A stretch of DNA of 64,000 nt from Massalongia carnosa. Lineage: Eukaryota. The stretch's first letter is position 1; each line of letters starts with the position of its first letter. The position numbers were made by a program, and so were the translations under genes. The stretch spans positions 310,001 to 374,000 of the forward strand of contig OZ287084.1 of the NCBI GenBank assembly GCA_965645245.1. The letters run 5' to 3'. The notes beneath the pieces are model-generated. The model saw nothing but the letters and a program-made list of their open reading frames with translations, had not been told where the DNA came from and did no database searches. Of this stretch, positions 1 through 13,349 are shown piece by piece.

Positions 1-729
1 TTCGCATATTACACTACTATCTGCAACACGCATATTTTTTTGGATTTCCATTTTCTGCATATTTCACACAGCCTGAGACGATCCTCTTCCGAGGATTGTT
101 CTTCTTCAACAACCAGCATCAAGGACCGAGATCCCTACCTATCCATCCATATACAGAAAACGAAGGACATAAAGCCTACAATCGGCCCATCTAAATAATC
201 CCCTAGTTAGCATACAAGCCATAGGATTTCCCCCTTCTCGCAAGTTTGACGATCTAGCCGCCACAGCTCCATCTTCGCCTCGCCTCGGTGTTATATAAAC
301 CCCCCTCTTTCATTACGTTTGACCCCTATTACAGAGTAGTTATCCCTTGCTCGCTCACTTCAGTGGAAGTAGGCTACTCTGCACATGCCTCGCCCCGAGG
401 AGATCACGCAGTTGGGGAATTCTCCAGCAAGTCCAGTTTCACTAAGTATGTACCGAGTAATATCAACCCACCGGTAAAACCGACTACTTATCATTGTATA
501 TAGTCAGTTATGGGATTCCCCTGGTGCATTTAAGGAATCGCAGTTTCGAAACCTCCAGAGTCCCTGAATTGAGGGTTCGTTACATGTAAACCAAATCGCT
601 CAAAAACTGAAATTTAACACTTAACATAGTCCTCTAAATAAAAACGGCTAACAAGTACGCTTGAATGCCTTAACATAAATTTTCCCTAATTACAGCCTTC
701 ATTAGAGGTTATATACTGCGTCATGTTTA

Positions 730-2061
730 TCATCCAGCTGATTCCCTGTTCGGATCTTTTCCGGGCACAGGTGGTTTTCTCATGAATCTTGACATTCCCG
801 ACCCCCTGAGTGTGTTCGACGTCATCCTTGACGAGTTATCCGGACTAGACAGTTCGGCCGCTCTTGGCCGGCCCTCATCCGCTTCAGCAACATAGTATGG
901 CGCCCCTAGCTCATGAGAGGCTGGTTTATAGTCCTGCTGATGCGCTGGTGGACCGTGGCGTGCATGGTATTCCGCTTCCCATCTGGCGCGGGCCGCTTCC
1001 TCTGAATGCACACGGTTTCGTTTTGAGCGGCGCCGCCAGAGGATGATGGAAGCGACGGCTACTATGGCTGCGACGCCACCGACGCCAATGCCCACACCAA
1101 CCCCTAGTCGGACGTTTTTATCATGTGTGGCCTGGGCTGCATTTGCCGCAATAACGGATGCCGCAGCGGCTGCAGAGACAGAGGAGACCGAAGCTGCGGA
1201 TGCGGCTGATGCGGCTGGTGACGAAGGAGGCGGGTATAGAGGATTCGCTGTTACCGTGATTACTCCTGCCGTTACTGTGGGCGAGCTCGACGTCGAAACT
1301 GGGGGGAAGAGGTCAAAGTCTAGCTTTAACAGTTCGCCAGGACTTGGCTTTTGATTGCAAGCAATATTCAAAGCATTCACATCTAATTCAAACTCAATCA
1401 GTACCCAGCAGAGAAGGCTGTTTCACAAGGTCATACATACAGTTTACCAACGCTTTCGAGTTCGGTACCTTCTCCAAACACTTCGCACACTCATCCGCGA
1501 CTTTCGAAAAGGCCCCATTTCCATCCACGCAGTACTGATATTGAATGGTGGCATTTGTTTGCAGCAACCGATCTGTTAAGGCCGATTGCGCGATATTATT
1601 GGGACCGCTACAAATATCGCCACATTGAGCGCTCGCAGCGGTGACGTTGTTGTTCGGATATGCAAACACACACCAATCGAAGGTAAATTTCATATTAACT
1701 ATACGCCCGCATCAGCAATTGCCCGATTTCTCCACTCAGAGTCAGTTGATCCAAACGCACACAAAACCCAGTAGACCTCATTTTCGTTTGATTTCGAGTC
1801 TATCGCGGTACTTTGGAGTTCACAGGTCATGCAGTCCTTGAATTTGCGACCTCGGACAGTCGAATTTGGACCGTCAAACTCATAATCGCTACAAACAGCG
1901 TCCTTTGTTTGCGTGGAGGAGTTTAACTTATCCCCAGGGTCACTAGTGTTGTCAATATTATCATCGCACAGCGAGCTGCATTCTGAATTAGGAGTAACCT
2001 CGATTTCTAGAGACAGGCGAAACCACGTCGTGAGAAGAACTGCAAAGCACCAGAACCGCAT
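730..2061 (-). CDS. Secreted/membrane-anchored Cys-rich surface protein (Mid2/WSC-like architecture), 3 exons (2061-1761, 1698-1441, 1382-730)
   Basis: Signal peptide MRFWCFAVLLTTWF; Cys-rich ectodomain across three ORF pieces joined by GTGCGT..TAG and GTATGT..TAG introns; Ser/Ala-rich stalk; TM helix LGVGVGIGVGGVAAIVAVASIILW followed by basic RRRSKR; short cytosolic tail. Confidence 0.85.
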
Positions 2062-3153
2062 CGTGTTTCTGGCAATGGTAATACACCAGAGTTATACCCG
2101 CTCGAACGATTCACAGCTTGATACAGAGTAAGAGGACGACCATGCTCGTCGACTTAAGATCACTCTCGACTTTGCACTTGACTGTGGCCGTGCATGAAAT
2201 GATAGGGGAAACTCAGCCGTTCGAAACACAAGCTGCCTGCGCCGCAAGCCACGAGCGACTAGTATCCAATCTACATTAAGAACGCACCCGGCACGGATGG
2301 CCGATCATGGTTGAGTTTCGGGGAAGGGGTGGGATTTATATTTATCGACGAATCAGTTGAGTGTTCTCTCCGTGGGAACGATCAAGAATGAAGATTCCAC
2401 GATACAGAGTAGACGTTAAAGATTAGCAGTTGAGGATTATTTAGGCCAAGGGCGCATTGTGAGACTGCACTTGATTCGAATATCGCCATGCAAACGATCC
2501 GACCAACAGCATCCCAGCATTTTCATATAGATATCATCTTGGTGAGGTATCTTAGTACTTCGTAGAGCCTCCGAAATCCGATCCAACGCCATAGCACGTG
2601 ACACGGCACGGGATGAGAGGCTGTCATCATCAGGTCATCATCACGTGATGTGGAAGTGGTCGCGACAGCTACAGGAGATCTGCGCTGATGAGGCCATTAT
2701 CCGAGTTTGTAGAGCACTCTTCAAAGTTCGGACAGGCCAGGGACTCGTTCATCACAGCTCAGAAGGAAGGATATGCATCAAGGCCTTAAAGATATGCAAA
2801 AGCAGCCTGTTCGTGATCATCGCCACTATAAGAAGGTCTACCGGAATACGCCTTACCAATGATGACTCGAATGACTCGAATGACTCTGCTTGACCCTGCC
2901 CCCCCGCAAAGAAACTCGACTTGACGGCCTGCATCTCTTTCGTTCACTCACTCTTCACCTCTTCAGCCTCATCCTCCAGATATGGATATTGATAGGAAGA
3001 TGACCCCGCCATTCCCATTTTGCGCATCCTTATTCATCCTTTCTATCAGGCTGGCTCTTCCCCAACCTCCATCATGTTGAATAATCTGCGTCCTTTTCTA
3101 CTGTCCCATACATCATACGCTGCTGCCTCAAACACTGACAGCCCATCCTCGAT

Positions 3154-4960
3154 ATGGCTGAGATAGGGTATGTGCCTTCCGTTACGAACAATGAAGATGC
3201 GCTGGGTCTGCTAACTATTTCCTGTTATAGAGTTATAGCTTCCGTGATCGGTGTCGCGGGGGCCGGCTTCAGGCTCTCACTCGTTCTAAATGCTGTTGGT
3301 GTGGAAATTGCCACTGCGGATCTTGAGATCCATAAAATCGCAAAGGAAATCTCCCTATTCTCGCTGATGTTAAAGCAAGTCGGACTCACCATGGAGGCGA
3401 CTGAGTCGATCGCCTCCTTAGGTGCGCTAGATACTGCAAAGGAAATCACTTCACAGAGCCAGACAGTATTCAACGAAGTAAAAGACATGGTCGAAATGTC
3501 GCAGAAGAGGGACTCCAACGGGCATCTTCGTTCCATCACAATAGCGCAAAGGGTGAGGTGGTGCTTTAAGAAACAAAGGGTGCAATATCTACTTGGCCAG
3601 CTGGAGTCGCTTAAGCTGAGCTTGTCCATAATGCTTCAAGTACTCCAGCTAGGCAAGGTTGTTGCTGCATCACGGTACATCAGCCATTACCTTCGATGGT
3701 TCATAGCTAATCCGTCGATGTAGAAGGGATCCATCCAAAGCCCTTTCGAACGAGCGAGATTTACAAGAAAGAGCGGAAATTCAAAATATGGTCGTGGTCC
3801 GACACTCGTCACTGGTCGACCTTCGAAGACTCTATCAACTGGCTGAAGAGGAGGTCGTGCAGGCTGTGGAAAGCCCACCGGTAAGCTATGAAACCAGGCC
3901 GCATACAAATGGCGACCCACGCCTCTCGATCCAAGCTTCGCAGCATGAGATGGAGGACACTTCGCAAACCATGGTGAAATATCACGAGCTGCCTTTGAGC
4001 CAGCTAGACTCATCCATGAACAAGACAATGTACAAGCCGAACAGGATCATGCACGCTCCGGATGTCAACGTGGTTGACCACCTCCTTGATGAATGGACCC
4101 GGGTCCGAGAGATTGATCCACGGTTCCGACATAAGAGTCACAAGTACAGATCACGCTATGAGACCGATGACGAAGATGATTCAGCCCCTGAGTTTGAGCG
4201 ATCCGCAGATATTGGGGGACATTATATCGAAGGGCCGCCAAACAGTGCGCGAAATGTGAAGAATGTGCGTTTCCGTGCTCGCGTGGAGAGTGATTCCGAG
4301 GACTCGGACAAGAGGAAACCAAATCGACGGGCCCCCAGAAAACACATTTTGAGGTCTGAGGAAGACTCGTCTTCTCTATCATCATCTTCGTCCGACCTAG
4401 CTCCATTGCCGAACTCCCGCCGGAGCAGCGGGAGCAGCATCGCAGGCCGAGGATCTACAGGTCCAGAACCAAGCTCCAATAGCCGTCGGTACACACCATC
4501 CCCAGCTCAGAGCGGCGCCGCAGAGGCCCAGTCCGGGAGGCCAAACTCACGAGGAGGACCTCCGTCTCCTCTACAACCGCGGCCTATGCCGTTTCCACAG
4601 CAGTCGTGGCAAGGACAGTTCGCTGGCCCGGCGTTTAGGCCAATCCAGCCTCAGAATAAGTCTCCAGGATTGCAACGGCCGGCGCCTGCCGTTCCGTACG
4701 GGTTTTCTCCTCCAGCGGGATATGGCCCGCCCAATCCCCAAAGGCTCCCGAGCTATCCTCCTCCGCCCCATGAGGCAACAACGTCAAACCCTTCACACCA
4801 CAATTCTCAGCGGTCACGCCATCGCCCAAAGGAGAAGAAGCGCGAGAGTAAAGGTAGCAGCTTCAGGGAGCATGCGAAGAAAGACGTGACAAGGGGCTTG
4901 CTTGGAGCCGGCGCGGTGGCAGGGCTGATGGATATATTGGACGGCCTGAGTGCTATTTGA
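3154..4960 (+). CDS. Fungal N-terminal (HeLo-like/STAND-associated) domain protein with disordered Pro/Ser-rich C-terminus; introns ~3168-3230 and ~3675-3723
   Basis: Spliced N-terminus MAEIGVIASVIGVAGAGFRLSLVL...IAKEISLFSLMLKQV...RVRWCFKKQRVQYLLGQLESLKLSLSIMLQVL resembles the helical fungal N-terminal domain family; both introns have a CTAAC/CTAAT branch and TAG acceptor. Confidence 0.8.
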
Positions 4961-7392
4961 GTTCATTTCGAGACGGGTTTGAGAACCTCCCGATGCCTGA
5001 TGATGATATGACCTCAAGTTTTTGAGAGAGGGTTAGGATCTTTAACATTGGTGAAAGACTTCCTTCCAAAAATTGTGTTTCAGTATTACGGTTTATTGTG
5101 GGGGTTTTTTTCGTTCTAAAATCGATCTAATCTGTTCACGATTTCTTCACGACCAAAAACACTCTCCCGGTCATGACCTTTCCTACTTCGGGCCTTGTAT
5201 GTAGTTGAGTATGAAATGCCAATAAATGTCCTCAACTCGAGCCTACTGCGGAACTTTGAGAGCACGCTTTTTTTCCTTCTCGGTTAGTGCACATCTCAAT
5301 TATTATAGTTTATATATTCTATGCTTGCATTGATGCTTTTCACTGAGAGAAGGTGTTTTGGGAGGGGGGAGCTTTCGATTACGGAAACTATTGAATGAAA
5401 TGCGAGCTTCGTTGCGCAAGCAACTTCATCCAAGATCTCTCGCATTCTTTCCCCCCTCCCCCGTCCGAGGAAAAAGCTCGAGTAACTAACCATAAGTTTC
5501 GCCCCCCTCCCCCTCCCCTTCCCCCCAAAGATGTCTTTCTTGGACCCTTCTGCCTCTTTCCCCCCCTTCCTCTTTCTGTCGAAACTTAGCTAAGCCCCAA
5601 TTTTAAGACTCATTGCGCCCATACTCCCCTTTTTTCCCGCGCGTGACTTTTTCTGGCTTTTTTACGTTGATTATAGGTTGTCTAAAAGGGGGAATAATAG
5701 GATGCGGGCTTCGCGGGAAAGGGCCTTGTTGGATGCCTGGTATATTTCGTGGTGTAAACCAGCCCTTTGGAGGGGTTGTTGCTTTTGTGTGATATTAGAA
5801 TACTCTAGCCCGCCATTTGCTTCTAGTTATTCCACCACCTCTTTCAGCGGTGGAGAGTTCGCTCGTTAGCTTCAGATATTTAAAATAGTCATATCGTCAA
5901 AGGGATGAGCGACTAGCTCTCGATTACCATCCGAGGGCTCCTGGGTATACTTAGTCCCCATTGAGATCAGCGCTGTGATGTGGCAAATCTAGCCTCCAGT
6001 AGGACACTCATCATAACTCGTATACCAGTGCTGGCCCCAGAATTTTCCGGGGGTTGGGAGTGTTCTGATATTGGCCACGATGGCGGATATCATTGGCAGA
6101 GATTAGTCGAACTCAGGCGGGATTAAGATCACGGGCTTCCTCGGAGCCAGCACTTTTAGGAAATTGTCATGATTTACGAGGGCCCTATCGTGATACCGGC
6201 GGTAATAATGTCGAAGCCCTTCCAAAACCCTGACGCAGTTTTCTTGCGTTATGTGATATTGAGTGGATCCATCGTTTGCTGCCTCGAGAAAGTCGCTGCC
6301 TGGTCTAGGGGGGCGATTAACGAGAGGCGTTGACAAGGCAAGAGGTCAGAAAGATCAAGGGGTAAAAGTGGTTAAATGCGTGGCAAGCCCTATGGAAGAA
6401 CTGGCTGAGAACATTTATACCGGTGCTCAACTGTTTTCCGTGAAGTCTGCGGTCTTTATACGCATGAACAGGCACAATGTATACCGCTGAAAGGATCAAG
6501 CATCAAACTCTAAACATTCGGACTATTTCATTCAGCTGTTGATATATTAAATGCAACGTTTCTCTGACTTTTGATTTCCATCTTCAAGCAAGAACTTGAA
6601 ATGCCATAGCTAATGACTTCGTCCTTACAACACCATTACGAAAGTGCGAGGGCCTTGCATGAGGCTTGAGACTTGATCGTAGTTTTGGTAGATAGTAAAA
6701 GGACAGCGGGGAGTTTTTATACCGTCCACGTCGCTCAGTTCTGCCTCAAACGAGGCGGATCGAGTGATGCGATGACAGATAGTCGGTTTGAACTGGCACC
6801 AAAAGGGGAAAGTAGTTTTGAGTCATTTCCTATTCATAGATCATACTTTTTCAAAAGATTAACTCCAAAGCCTTTGCAAGCTCTCAAATCGCTATGGTCA
6901 TATATTAAACTTTATATTACCTGTAAAGGTGCGCATTATCAGCGCCTACTCCATTCTCGCAAATTTCTCCCCACAGATACCATGGACCACTAGTTAAACA
7001 GAATGGAGCAGGCAGTCGATAAAAGTGCCCTAGTGTTTGAGGCGGAAGATATATGAATCGTAGCCGCAGTATCGGGAGAGTGGAGTGTGGTGTGATTGGA
7101 AAGAGAGGTGTTCCCAAAGGAAAGTGGTGCTAATAAACGTTAATACTGGAACCCGGGATGTAGCATGGGCTGAGTCGAGCCATAAGGTTGAGTGATTACG
7201 CAGAGATTTTTTGATAGTATATAAAATGTAATAATTTGAGGCTTCAGGTTGGTGAGTTGCTCGAAAGGTAGAAGGAATCTGAAAAGCGATACAAGAAGAA
7301 CTCAAGTTATAGTGGAAGTATAGGAAGAAGGGACATAAAAAAAATAAGTAAGGCTGAGAGAAGAATTCGAGCTGTTCTCTCATTAGGGAACA

Positions 7393-7679
7393 TGTTTGGC
7401 AGACACAAAGCCTGGGGAAAAGTCTACATAGTCCGGTCGAATCCTACCTGTAATCTATTCATAATATTGAGCTTGATTTATTGATCTAAGCTCTTGGTGA
7501 TTGGAGAATGATTTACGTTTTAGATAGACACTTGGAATTGACGTGATGATTGCTTGCATTGAAAGGATTCCTCCAATTCTCTCCGTTGCTCAGTTTCTTG
7601 GAATGTTGGGATTCGGTTAATAGATTACCGTATTCCGAGCTACATATCGCTTACTGCTTGGCCACAAAATTGTCCGACA
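7393..7679 (-). repeat. Putative 3' LTR of the copia element
   Basis: Starts TGTCGGACA directly after the PPT; tentative end ...GCCAAACA at 7393; the end is uncertain. Confidence 0.6.
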
Positions 7680-8989
7680 CATCCCCTTGATGAAGATTTT
7701 CTTCCTCAGTGGAATCTTCATCATTTCCTTTCTCATATCCTAGGCCTAATAGCCTGATGAATTGCTTTTGACGTTGGGGGGTAATGACTTTGTTAGTCCA
7801 TCAGCTAGAATGTTATTTGTTGAAACCCATTCTATACCGATTTTTCCCCTAGATATTTCCTGGCGGAGCCAATGCTTGTGAATATCCACATGCCTAAGCT
7901 TGGTAATAAGGCGGTTAGTGGTTAGGGCTCGAATGGTTTGACGGTTATCGCATTGAATACCAGTTGGATGATCGAGATGGAAATTTATTGATTGAAAAAA
8001 GCGAGTCCACTATATCAATTCTTTCCCTGCGGCTGATATGGCTAGCAATTCGGCCTCGGTTGAGCTAGTTGTGACTGTGCACTGCTTAGAGGCCTTCCAA
8101 TCGATCATTCCATTGAATAGTTTGAATGCATAGCCTTGAGAGCTATATCTAGTGCTTGAATCATCTGCGAAGGATGCATCGCTACTGGCCAAGAATATCT
8201 CTCGTGAATAAGTAGCCTGTGTGTTGAACAAAATTGCTAGATGCTTAGTATGGGCTAGATATTTAAGGGTACGGTTGACGCAATCCATATGATGTTTGGA
8301 TGGGTTGGTAAGAAGTTCCGATAATTTGGAAGCTGCTTGGGCCACATCGGGCCTAGTGATGACTGCGGCAAAATTCAATGATCCTACCCGCTGTTGATAG
8401 GAGTGAATTTCTTGAGCTGTTGCCATGGAATTATTTTTGGTTAATTCTTCTAGTGGTAGTGGTGATTGTGTTGAACGCTTGGTGAGGTCCAAGTTGATGT
8501 TGAACTTGGCTATTAGCTTGTCAATGTATGAATCTTGGTATAGCCATAGCTGACGAATATTCCTATCCCTGATGATGTGAATTCCTAGAAACCATTCCAA
8601 TTGACCCAAGTATCGCATTTCGTACTTCTGAAATAGTAGAGCTTGAAACTGATCCACTTGATTGATGTAGCGGCGATCATATAATATGACGATATCATCC
8701 ACGAAGAAGAATAGCAAGATATGAGTATCTTGACTAATGAAAACGCAGTCCACCCCCGGGACGAGTTCAAGATTCATCTCGATTAGGACTTTTGATAGAT
8801 TTTGGTACCATAGGGCCGGTGATTGCTTGAGACCGTATAGTGCTCGCAATAGGAGTAGTAGAATATTGACTTTTTCTGATCTAGGCCACCCCTCGGGCAA
8901 TTGACAATAGGTAGGTTCACCAATAGGACTATTTGCAAATGCATTGACTGCGTCGTACTGGCGTGTTTCAAGGTCAAATGCGGCTAGTA

Positions 8990-9450
8990 GTAATTCGGCT
9001 AAGGCGAAAGGTAATGCCGGGACCGAGTGGAGGCAGGCCGCGAAACAGCCGACGAAGGCTGAAGGCCGTGGATAGCCGAAGGACCGTGGAGGCAGGCTGC
9101 GAACAGCCAACGAAGGCCGAAGGACAAAGGAGGATGATGTCCAAAATAGTTGGACAAGCAAGGGAGAGAAAGGGCATAAATAAATAGGTGGCCTTTTGGC
9201 ACTCTTCTCCTCATCATCACCATTGATTCGGAGTTCGCACCAAAAGGTCTTTTGCCCACCCACCCACTCCCTAAATCAGCCGCATAGGTAGATGGAGTTT
9301 TTCCCCTCACTGCTGTCAAAACAAAGCCATTATAGGAGGGGCCCTCAGCAAAACTGAGCGCCAGCAGGGCAGCAGCGTGGGGAGAGTTACACAAACATAG
9401 ATAGAAATTATGTATATGTTCAGCTGACACGATGGAGCCCGCGAATTACA
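8990..9450 (+). mobile_element. Solo-LTR-like insertion within the copia RT
   Basis: Inverted termini GTAATTCG...CGAATTACA; two internal ~60-bp direct repeats (9020-9125); removing it rejoins RT as RALMA-I-LAAFDLETRQYDAVNAF. Confidence 0.75.
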
Positions 9451-12400
9451 TAGCCATTAGCGCTCTAAGAATCCGTGCGGCCAAGGTGGCTGCAAAGATA
9501 TCTTGCTCGGTACGTTGAAGATCACCCCTAGCACATAGTCTTGATTTGTATTTGACTAAATACCCCTTTTGATCGAGTTTGTACCTGAACACCCACATGG
9601 TTGGAATAGGTGTTTTCCCTGCTATTGTTGCTGCATTGATGTTGACCTCGGTCCAGGTGTTCTTTGCAACAAGCGCCTGAATTTCCATCTGCATGGCTAA
9701 TTTGAAGCCCTCTGCATGCGGATACTTTAGCATTTGACGATAGTTTTCAGGTTCAATAGGTAAGCTATCTCTATGAAAGCGAGTGCTTTGAGTCGGGGTA
9801 TGGTCTTTTTTAGGCTCTTGATTGGAGATGTAGTAGGAACTTGCCATGATATTGGCCGAGAATGCAGCGTGATATGATTCAACTCGCCATTCTTGGCTTA
9901 TGTTAAGGCGGTTGAATAGGCTTCATAGCGTCTACTGCGATTGCGACTTCTTCCCATCCCCTCAGGTAAGATATTATCTGTATCGATACTTGAATTGATA
10001 TCCCTTGATGCTTTTCTAGACTTGTTACTCTTTGCGGTGATTGATTCTGATGGATTTGGACCATGAATTAATGGGTTTGGGCTTGATGAGCTGGTAATGG
10101 AGGGGCTCGGTGTTAATAGGTAAGTGTCGTCTGATGAAATTTCGGCAGCATTTCCGTATCCAGAATTTTTGTCCAGAATTATTTCCTACATATTTTTCTT
10201 CCATGCCTTGTATGTTTTCCCTCATGCCGATTCCCCTTTCCTCCTCTTCATCATCCGATCCTATTTCGGTGATAAGGGTGATGGGATCATGAAGCTCATA
10301 GGTAATTTCAAGCATAGGTTCGTTGACAGCTTGTAGTAGGTCAATATCGTGTGCATCATAGTAGGTGTTCTCATTAAACATCACATCCCTCGTACGAATT
10401 ACTTTTCTTTTGACTTGGTATCCATACTCGAAAGATATTTCTGGCTTCATACCCTAATAGATGACCGATATGTGCTCGTTCTTGAAGCTTTTGCTTCTTT
10501 GGTAGCTGCTTGTTTAGTGTGTATGCTTTGCATCCATAGTGGTGGAGATGGCTGAGATCGGGCAGGTTTCCTATGACTAGCTCGTAAGGTGTTTTCCATT
10601 GGTGCTTCTTCATTGGTGTGCGATTAGCTATATATCCTGCGGTGCGCACGATCTCCGGCCATAGGAAAATTGGTAGTCCCGCGTCAATTCTCATTGCCCT
10701 TGCTTTCATGGCTAAAATCCCCCCTTTTCTCTCAGAGTGGCCGTTTTGCTCCGGTGTGTCGGGTGTTGATGATTCATAGGTGATGCCCTTTTCAACAAGC
10801 AAGTCGTTCAAATTATTGCCCAATGACCGTTCTCCATCTGACCGAATAAACACTACCTTAGCCTTGAAGCGAGTCTCAATAAGAGTGGTTGCCTCCTTGC
10901 ATATTTTCGATGCATCCCCTTTACGTGGGTGGGTAAATACCATATTGAAATCGGTCGCATGGCATGCAAAGTGTGAAACGCATTCATCTTTATTCATCGC
11001 GGTGTTGAGCTGCATTAAATCATAATTGATGCGATAAAAGGGCTAATTTGATATTTCTGCATTTCTGATGAACGAGAAACAATGCGATGTGCTTTGGATA
11101 ATGCGCAAGGTTCGCACTCGTTGGTTTTAGGGACTTTTCCTTCTGATTCTTCTGATATTTTGACTCCCCTAGTAGATGACTCGAGATGTTGAATAGATTC
11201 ATCCGAGGCATGGGCTAGCATCTGATGCCATTCGTATGCTGTTGCGGTTTTATTGATAGCTATCTTTGATTTCTGTTGCTCTGGGAAAGCTAATGCTTGA
11301 TCTGATGATGTGCTGTCCTCTAGCAAATAATGGCCGTTATAGCGCTTTACATAAGCAACCGTTTTCCCTTCCCGATGGAGGTGATTCTTCCAATTATCAA
11401 AGTAAAGGCCTTTCACATAGAGCAAGTCCTGAGAAACTAGGTCGGTCATGAAGTTAGATAAATAGGCTACATTTAGAAGTGTGATGCTTTGAGGTCCGGT
11501 AGGAGTTGATACGGTGATTTTGACCGTACTATAGCTTTCTATTGCTAGGCGTTGGGTGCCCGCAGTTAGATACTCTCCCATTGATTTCTTTTCCTGTGTG
11601 TAGCGCAATTTCATGGTGTTGTTGCACACATGGATATTAGACCCGTTATCCAATATCCATGAGCTCTTGATTGTGTAGCTATCTGCCGAGAATGCTGACG
11701 ATGTTTTAGTAGATGTAAAAGCGCCTAACTCCTTCTCAGTAGTGTTGGTGTTGGTGTTGGTGGTTTTAGTGGCTTTTGATTGTTGTATTTCCTTTGATCG
11801 CTGAAAGGATTTTTCCACCTTAGCTTTCAATTGCTGGTCTTTCATTGCTTCATCAATCTGTGTTTGAATTTTGGGTCTGGAAGTCCAATTTGAGGGCCGC
11901 TTCTCTGGTACTAGATAGTGGCAGTCATTGTACCAATGAACGGACCCACAAAGACATTTGGGAGGCGTTTTTTGCCCATTAAATGTCGCTCCCTGTCCTT
12001 CCTTCTTTTTCTCGGTTGCAAAAGCTGAATGCGTGTTGTTATTCTTATTTTTTTGCGTTTGATGCAGGCGAACATATTTGCGAAAGCTCTCAATTAGCGG
12101 GTGGAAATCTTTCTCTTCCTTGTTGTCCAAAGTAATCAGATGGGCGTTGGCAAATGAAGGTTCGGTGGGAAGAACGGCCATTATAAAATCACGAATAGGC
12201 CGTGTTCCCATCATTTCACCAACTCCATATGCCTTGCCATCGGTGCAGACTGTTTGCCATTCTTCTAACCATGTTTCTATATCCTGCTTGCCTGATCCCT
12301 TGCATAACCTGTGATATTTGTTCTCGATCTCTATGCAGCGTGCTGAGTCGCTCGGTGCTAAGCGGATTTTCAGTGCTCGAAGCTGCTTCCATGGATGAGG

Positions 12401-12878
12401 CTCTTCTTTCTGAATGTAGGTGGCATTTTGGACTGTGATGGTATCTTGAATGAAGGTAATAAGGTCGGCAAATGCCTTTTGCTCCTTTTCGTACTTGGCC
12501 AGCTGGATTTTGTAGATGTGGGTTTGTGCCTTGTATACTTCGTAGGCTCCTGGGGTCAAAAGTTGCGGCGTCTGTTGATAAGATGAACACCAGTTTCGTT
12601 GGCGATTGAATGCTTATTGGCTTGGTAATGATTTCTGGATTCACTAGGTCTTAAATTCCGCTGTTTGTGGCCCGTGATCGGACGAAGAAAAACCAGGTGT
12701 CCCAATCGGCTGGCTTGCCTAGGACTATCTTTCGCGTGGTACTCATGTTGATTTTTGATTTGATGACTTGATGGTTATTTGATGCAAAATGATGTAAACT
12801 TACAAGGTAAGGTGCAAGTTGCAAAATGCAGGTTGGTTCTTTCTTCTAAAACGATAGATGTGCTTCCGGGCTCATAAC

Positions 12879-13016
12879 TATCAGATAGATGATGATGGGC
12901 GAAGACCTTGCTTGCTACTACAGAAAAGGGAGATGACTATATACAGAGTGACAGGGCTGAGGGCCAAGCTCGCTTAGTAATGACCACTTTGACACATAAT
13001 ATCTCTGATCTCGACA
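12879..13016 (-). repeat. Putative 5' LTR of the copia element
   Basis: TGTCGAGA...TCTGATA (ACA>ATA) directly before the PBS-like GTTATGAGCCC; contains a TATATA box. Confidence 0.55.
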
Positions 13017-13349
13017 TTCTGGAAAGGGGGAAGGTCTAGAATATTTGCTTGTGCTTCGTTTGATATTGGGTACAAAACAGTATGACGCGTGAAGGCAAAG
13101 GAGTCGCCGAACAGACATAATAACCCTAACCCTAGATAAATCAGGCTAGCGGGAGCGGGAGTCGAACTTAGGGCTATTGCTTACAGGTCGTATGAAACTT
13201 CAGCCTTACGTCATAAGTTACATGCATCGGTATTATTAGATACCGCCTACACAAGTATGCGAAACAGAAAGCCTAGAAAGCCGAGAAAGATGTGATCAAT
13301 CCCGAAGGACCTAAGGGTCACCCCCAATTCATTCCCGTGGCTCCCATCA

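Larger units (their letters stand above)
7393..13016 (-). mobile_element. Degenerate Ty1/copia LTR retrotransposon (gag-PR-IN-RT-RNaseH)
   Basis: Gag ATG at 12746 (MSTTRKIVLGKPADWDTW); zinc knuckle CLCGSVHWYNDC; protease WILDNGSNIHVC; GAG-pre-integrase WHQMLAH...CEPC; integrase RSDGE and PEQNGHSERK; RT LYGLKQSP and FFVDDI; RNase H SDASFADD, SSTEAEL, CDN, ADGLTK; copia domain order; PBS-like GTTATGAGCCC at 12868-12878; PPT AAGGGGATG at ~7680-7688; several stops and frameshifts. Confidence 0.95.

Noticed and set aside
5300..7390. Short ORFs and a PPT-like AAAAGGGGGAATAAT at ~5684
   Set aside because: No LTR terminus or recognisable protein follows; cannot be supported
8010..9263. 417-aa ORF as a novel fusion protein
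   Set aside because: Artefact of the solo-LTR insert reading into the copia RT
13121..13134. Telomere-like TAACCCTAACCCTA
   Set aside because: Only about two units, internal to the sequence; at most a protein-binding site, not a telomere
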